Source of the DNA: Lingula anatina
Lineage: Eukaryota > Animalia > Brachiopoda
DNA: 64,000 bases
Assembly: GCA_051362555.1 (NCBI GenBank)
Contig: CM120645.1
Location: 16,430,001-16,494,000, forward strand
Reading direction: 5' to 3'
The translations under genes and the position numbers were made by a program. Positions 62,101 through 64,000 of this stretch are shown piece by piece. Positions within the stretch are counted from its first letter, which is position 1. Each line of letters opens with the position of its first letter. The notes under the pieces are model-generated. The model saw only the letters and a program-made list of their open reading frames with translations. It searched no databases and was not told the origin of the DNA.

Positions 62101-63666
62101 AGAATGTGAAAAGCCTTGTAAGTGAAAATAACATGATAAAGCCTTCATAACACATTGGTAACAATGCCTTGACGAAGTACTTTTTGCATTTCATTATATA
62201 TATATATACAATAAGGCCAAAGTAATAAACAAACAATCAAATACATATGTAAAAAGCAATGTTTGATACATAAATGAATGAACCGATAATGCAAAATAAT
62301 GTGAATAGAATTGATTGAATAAAAAAATTAAAAATCAATGACCCAATCTAGAAATATCATATGGATAAAATACATGTATTTTTTATTAAGTATGCGTATG
62401 CGTGCTTGTGTAATCATCGGATATTGTGATTGTGTTCCCTTTTACAACTGCACATGTTGTAAAAGGTTGAGCTCAGAAAAACGCTCCAGGTTGTTATCCG
62501 GCCGTTCACTTGTTAACAGCAATAATTATAAGGTATTAGAGCTGACACGTCTGGGGGTAACACCCCATGCTCCAATGGGTAGCTCAACGACTGGCTAACG
62601 ATAACACAGTGAGCAAACATGTATTGTGTTCATGTAATACAATCAATTCATAAATGAAAAAAATATCACTACCAGTTGAGTTATAAAAAACTGTTACTTT
62701 TGTTAACATCTAATTTATTATGAGCTCAATAGTATATATAATTTGAATGACATATTAACAGAGGAAGAGTATTTTGATAAAACTGCCCAGTAATTTGATT
62801 ATAAACAGTGACTTGTTTGGTTAATAACTCCTACCTGCTACAAGTATTGGGCAGTTACCAGTTTCGAGCATGGTGATCCTTTTACGCACGTTTGTGTCTG
62901 CGCTCTCAGATACAACATTCTCAGCTTCCAGTCTCTTTAAGATGCTCAAGTCAAGTAATGGTAGGGACTCCTTAATGGTTTTAAAGATCGACTGAAGTGC
63001 ATTTCTTCTTTGCGTATCATTCTCTCGTAGTTCAGCGAAAACATCAGCGGCCTAAAATTATATATATTTAGATAAACATACAGTAACTTTTGTACCCTGG
63101 CTCCCAACAACATATTCAATATACCCAACTGATATAAGGAAAACGAGGATCAACTGCTCCACGTATAAAATATGGAGAACCCTGCATGAAAGAAGACCAG
63201 ACAAATCCGCAGATGGGCTCCCCACCTCCACACGCGCCATTAAGCGGATTGAATCACTAGCCCAAGGTTTAATTGCTGGACCTCTGCAATGACAGAGCGT
63301 GTGAAACGGAGAAACCATTAGCAGATTAGTCGGGTCTTCTTTCAGGTAGAGTCCGCCATACTTGATCCGTGGATCAGAAGACCCTCGGGTTTTTTATTCT
63401 GATTGGCCTCTATGTTTACAAAACAAACGCAAAAAAAAGTAAACGTGAGTATATTTGAATAAAAAGAAAGACATAGACTATACCCTTTCCAATCTGGGAA
63501 CTTGAGAGTGTTCTGCCTCGAAATGTAAGCGAAGCCTTTCTTTTAGATCCTGTAGATCTTCAATGTCGTCAGTGTATATCTCAAAACGATCGCAAATATC
63601 AAAGGCCTCCACGGAGTCGTTCAAAGACTCGATGGTGTCTAGAGTTATGTCAATTATATTTGCCAT
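55742..63666 (-). CDS. Gene B: paralog of gene A, dynamin-like GTPase + membrane hairpin + pseudokinase, about 1027 aa, 8 coding exons, with two apparent 1-bp deletions
   Basis: Exons (minus strand) 63666-63484, 63051-62835, 62098-61800, 61586-61440, 59610-59282, 59068-57861, 57715-57437, 56161-55742. All introns are GT-AG, and all seven match gene A intron positions and phases. G1 AGETSSGKST, G2 SCTA, G3 DSPG, G4 NRWD; hydrophobic IALGLFSPIILPIGALGMLLASPAFLFV; kinase fold with ISVK but CLDLSMDT, NIS and PYS. Frameshifts at T4 runs 58746-58749 and 57483-57486. Confidence 0.85.
56540..57277. mobile_element. Foldback MITE with poly-C/poly-G arms in gene B intron 7
   Basis: caggacaatcccccc / ggggggttgtcctg termini; internal ccaggtaaaggtggggtaaaca vs tgtttaccccactttacctgg. 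Confidence 0.7.
57437..57715 (-). CDS. Gene B exon 7: degenerate catalytic loop (frameshift near 57485)
   Basis: LAYLHK, then after a one-base shift NGFVCLDLSMDTVMIT with a gtgagt donor; aligns with LKYMHAKGYIHRDLKPENIL. Confidence 0.8.
57861..59068 (-). CDS. Gene B exon 6: stalk, membrane hairpin and kinase N-lobe (frameshift near 58745)
   Basis: ORFs 58741-59055 and 57839-58744 overlap at ATGA and align colinearly with gene A exon 7. Confidence 0.87.
59282..59610 (-). CDS. Gene B exon 5: G4 NRWD
   Basis: IQKLL...AIFVCNRWD...EHVH; equivalent to gene A exons 5 and 6 fused. Confidence 0.9.
60597..60920 (+). mobile_element. RTE LINE 3' fragment in gene B intron 4
   Basis: ISNEDVL...RWKWIG...WTPEGHRKRGRPKTT...ARDRAQW, with a (TAG)n tail. 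Confidence 0.8.
61440..61586 (-). CDS. Gene B exon 4: G3 DSPG (not in the ORF track)
   Basis: SGVYIIDSPGIGESG...FAFIYVI...GGVQEDR, gtaagt donor. Confidence 0.92.
61800..62098 (-). CDS. Gene B exon 3: P-loop GETSSGKST
   Basis: GETSSGKSTLLNLLLG...SCTA...LPFELLK, gtaatg donor. Confidence 0.92.
62835..63051 (-). CDS. Gene B exon 2 (this frame is not in the ORF track)
   Basis: AADVFAELREND...GNCPILVA, phase-1 gtagga donor; homologous to gene A exon 2. Confidence 0.85.
63484..63666 (-). CDS. Gene B coding exon 1: N-terminal acidic helical module
   Basis: MANIIDITLDTIE...PRLER, gtatag donor; an upstream acceptor at 63710-63711 implies a UTR exon, as in gene A. Confidence 0.82.
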
Positions 63667-64000
63667 TGCTGCTACCGCCTCTTATTTCCAAGTATTTTGT
63701 GTTTTTAACCTAAAAATGATAAAGATGTGAATGGGTCGGTGTTTTTAAAAGAGAGAAAATGCACTATTATCTGTGTCAAAATTAGATTAAAAGATTACTG
63801 GCCTTGAGAGTAATACAAAAATGCTGGTGATTATGGTGATTATAATAATACTAATTATCATAATAATAATAATAATAGTTTATTAGGTAAAATTGGAAAC
63901 CTACGGTTGAAGTTGTACAAAGTATATGTTTAAAAGAAAATCGACAATAAACTTTAAATTATAAAGCAATATATGTGGTGTTTCGCCGAATTTGCAAATT

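Noticed and set aside
9637-63666. Bacterial origin or contamination suggested by the BDLP-like GTPases
   Set aside because: Both genes have many canonical spliceosomal introns at shared positions and are embedded in animal-type transposons.

Overview
AT-rich, intron-containing animal genomic DNA, probably from an invertebrate (lophotrochozoan-type repeats; the taxon is an inference). Two paralogous multi-exon genes can be spliced by hand. They lie tail-to-tail about 29 kb apart. Gene A (+, 9637-26699, 10 coding exons, 1013 aa, open frame) and gene B (-, 63666-55742, 8 coding exons, about 1027 aa after two single-base corrections) share one architecture: a small N-terminal helical module, a mitofusin/bacterial-dynamin-like GTPase with intact G1-G4 motifs, a helical stalk with a hydrophobic membrane hairpin, and a C-terminal DSTYK-like protein kinase domain. 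Gene A keeps the kinase catalytic motifs (HRDLKPEN, DLG, APE). Gene B has replaced them (CLDLSMDT, NIS, PYS) but keeps its GTPase, and its N-terminal module has the opposite charge to gene A's. The best candidate novel system is therefore a paired dynamin-kinase / dynamin-pseudokinase membrane-remodelling and signalling module. The rest of the window is dense, nested transposon sequence: the 5' end of a Gypsy-like element with an HhH-containing gag, mariner, Tc1, PIF, CACTG, TTAA-flanked and 8-bp-TSD MITEs, RTE/RTEX/L1 LINE pieces, and a Penelope pseudo-LTR with a minimal hammerhead. It also holds a decayed antisense spliced gene inside gene A intron 5 and a possible ghost copy of the gene A locus. 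No databases were searched; family assignments rest on motif recognition.
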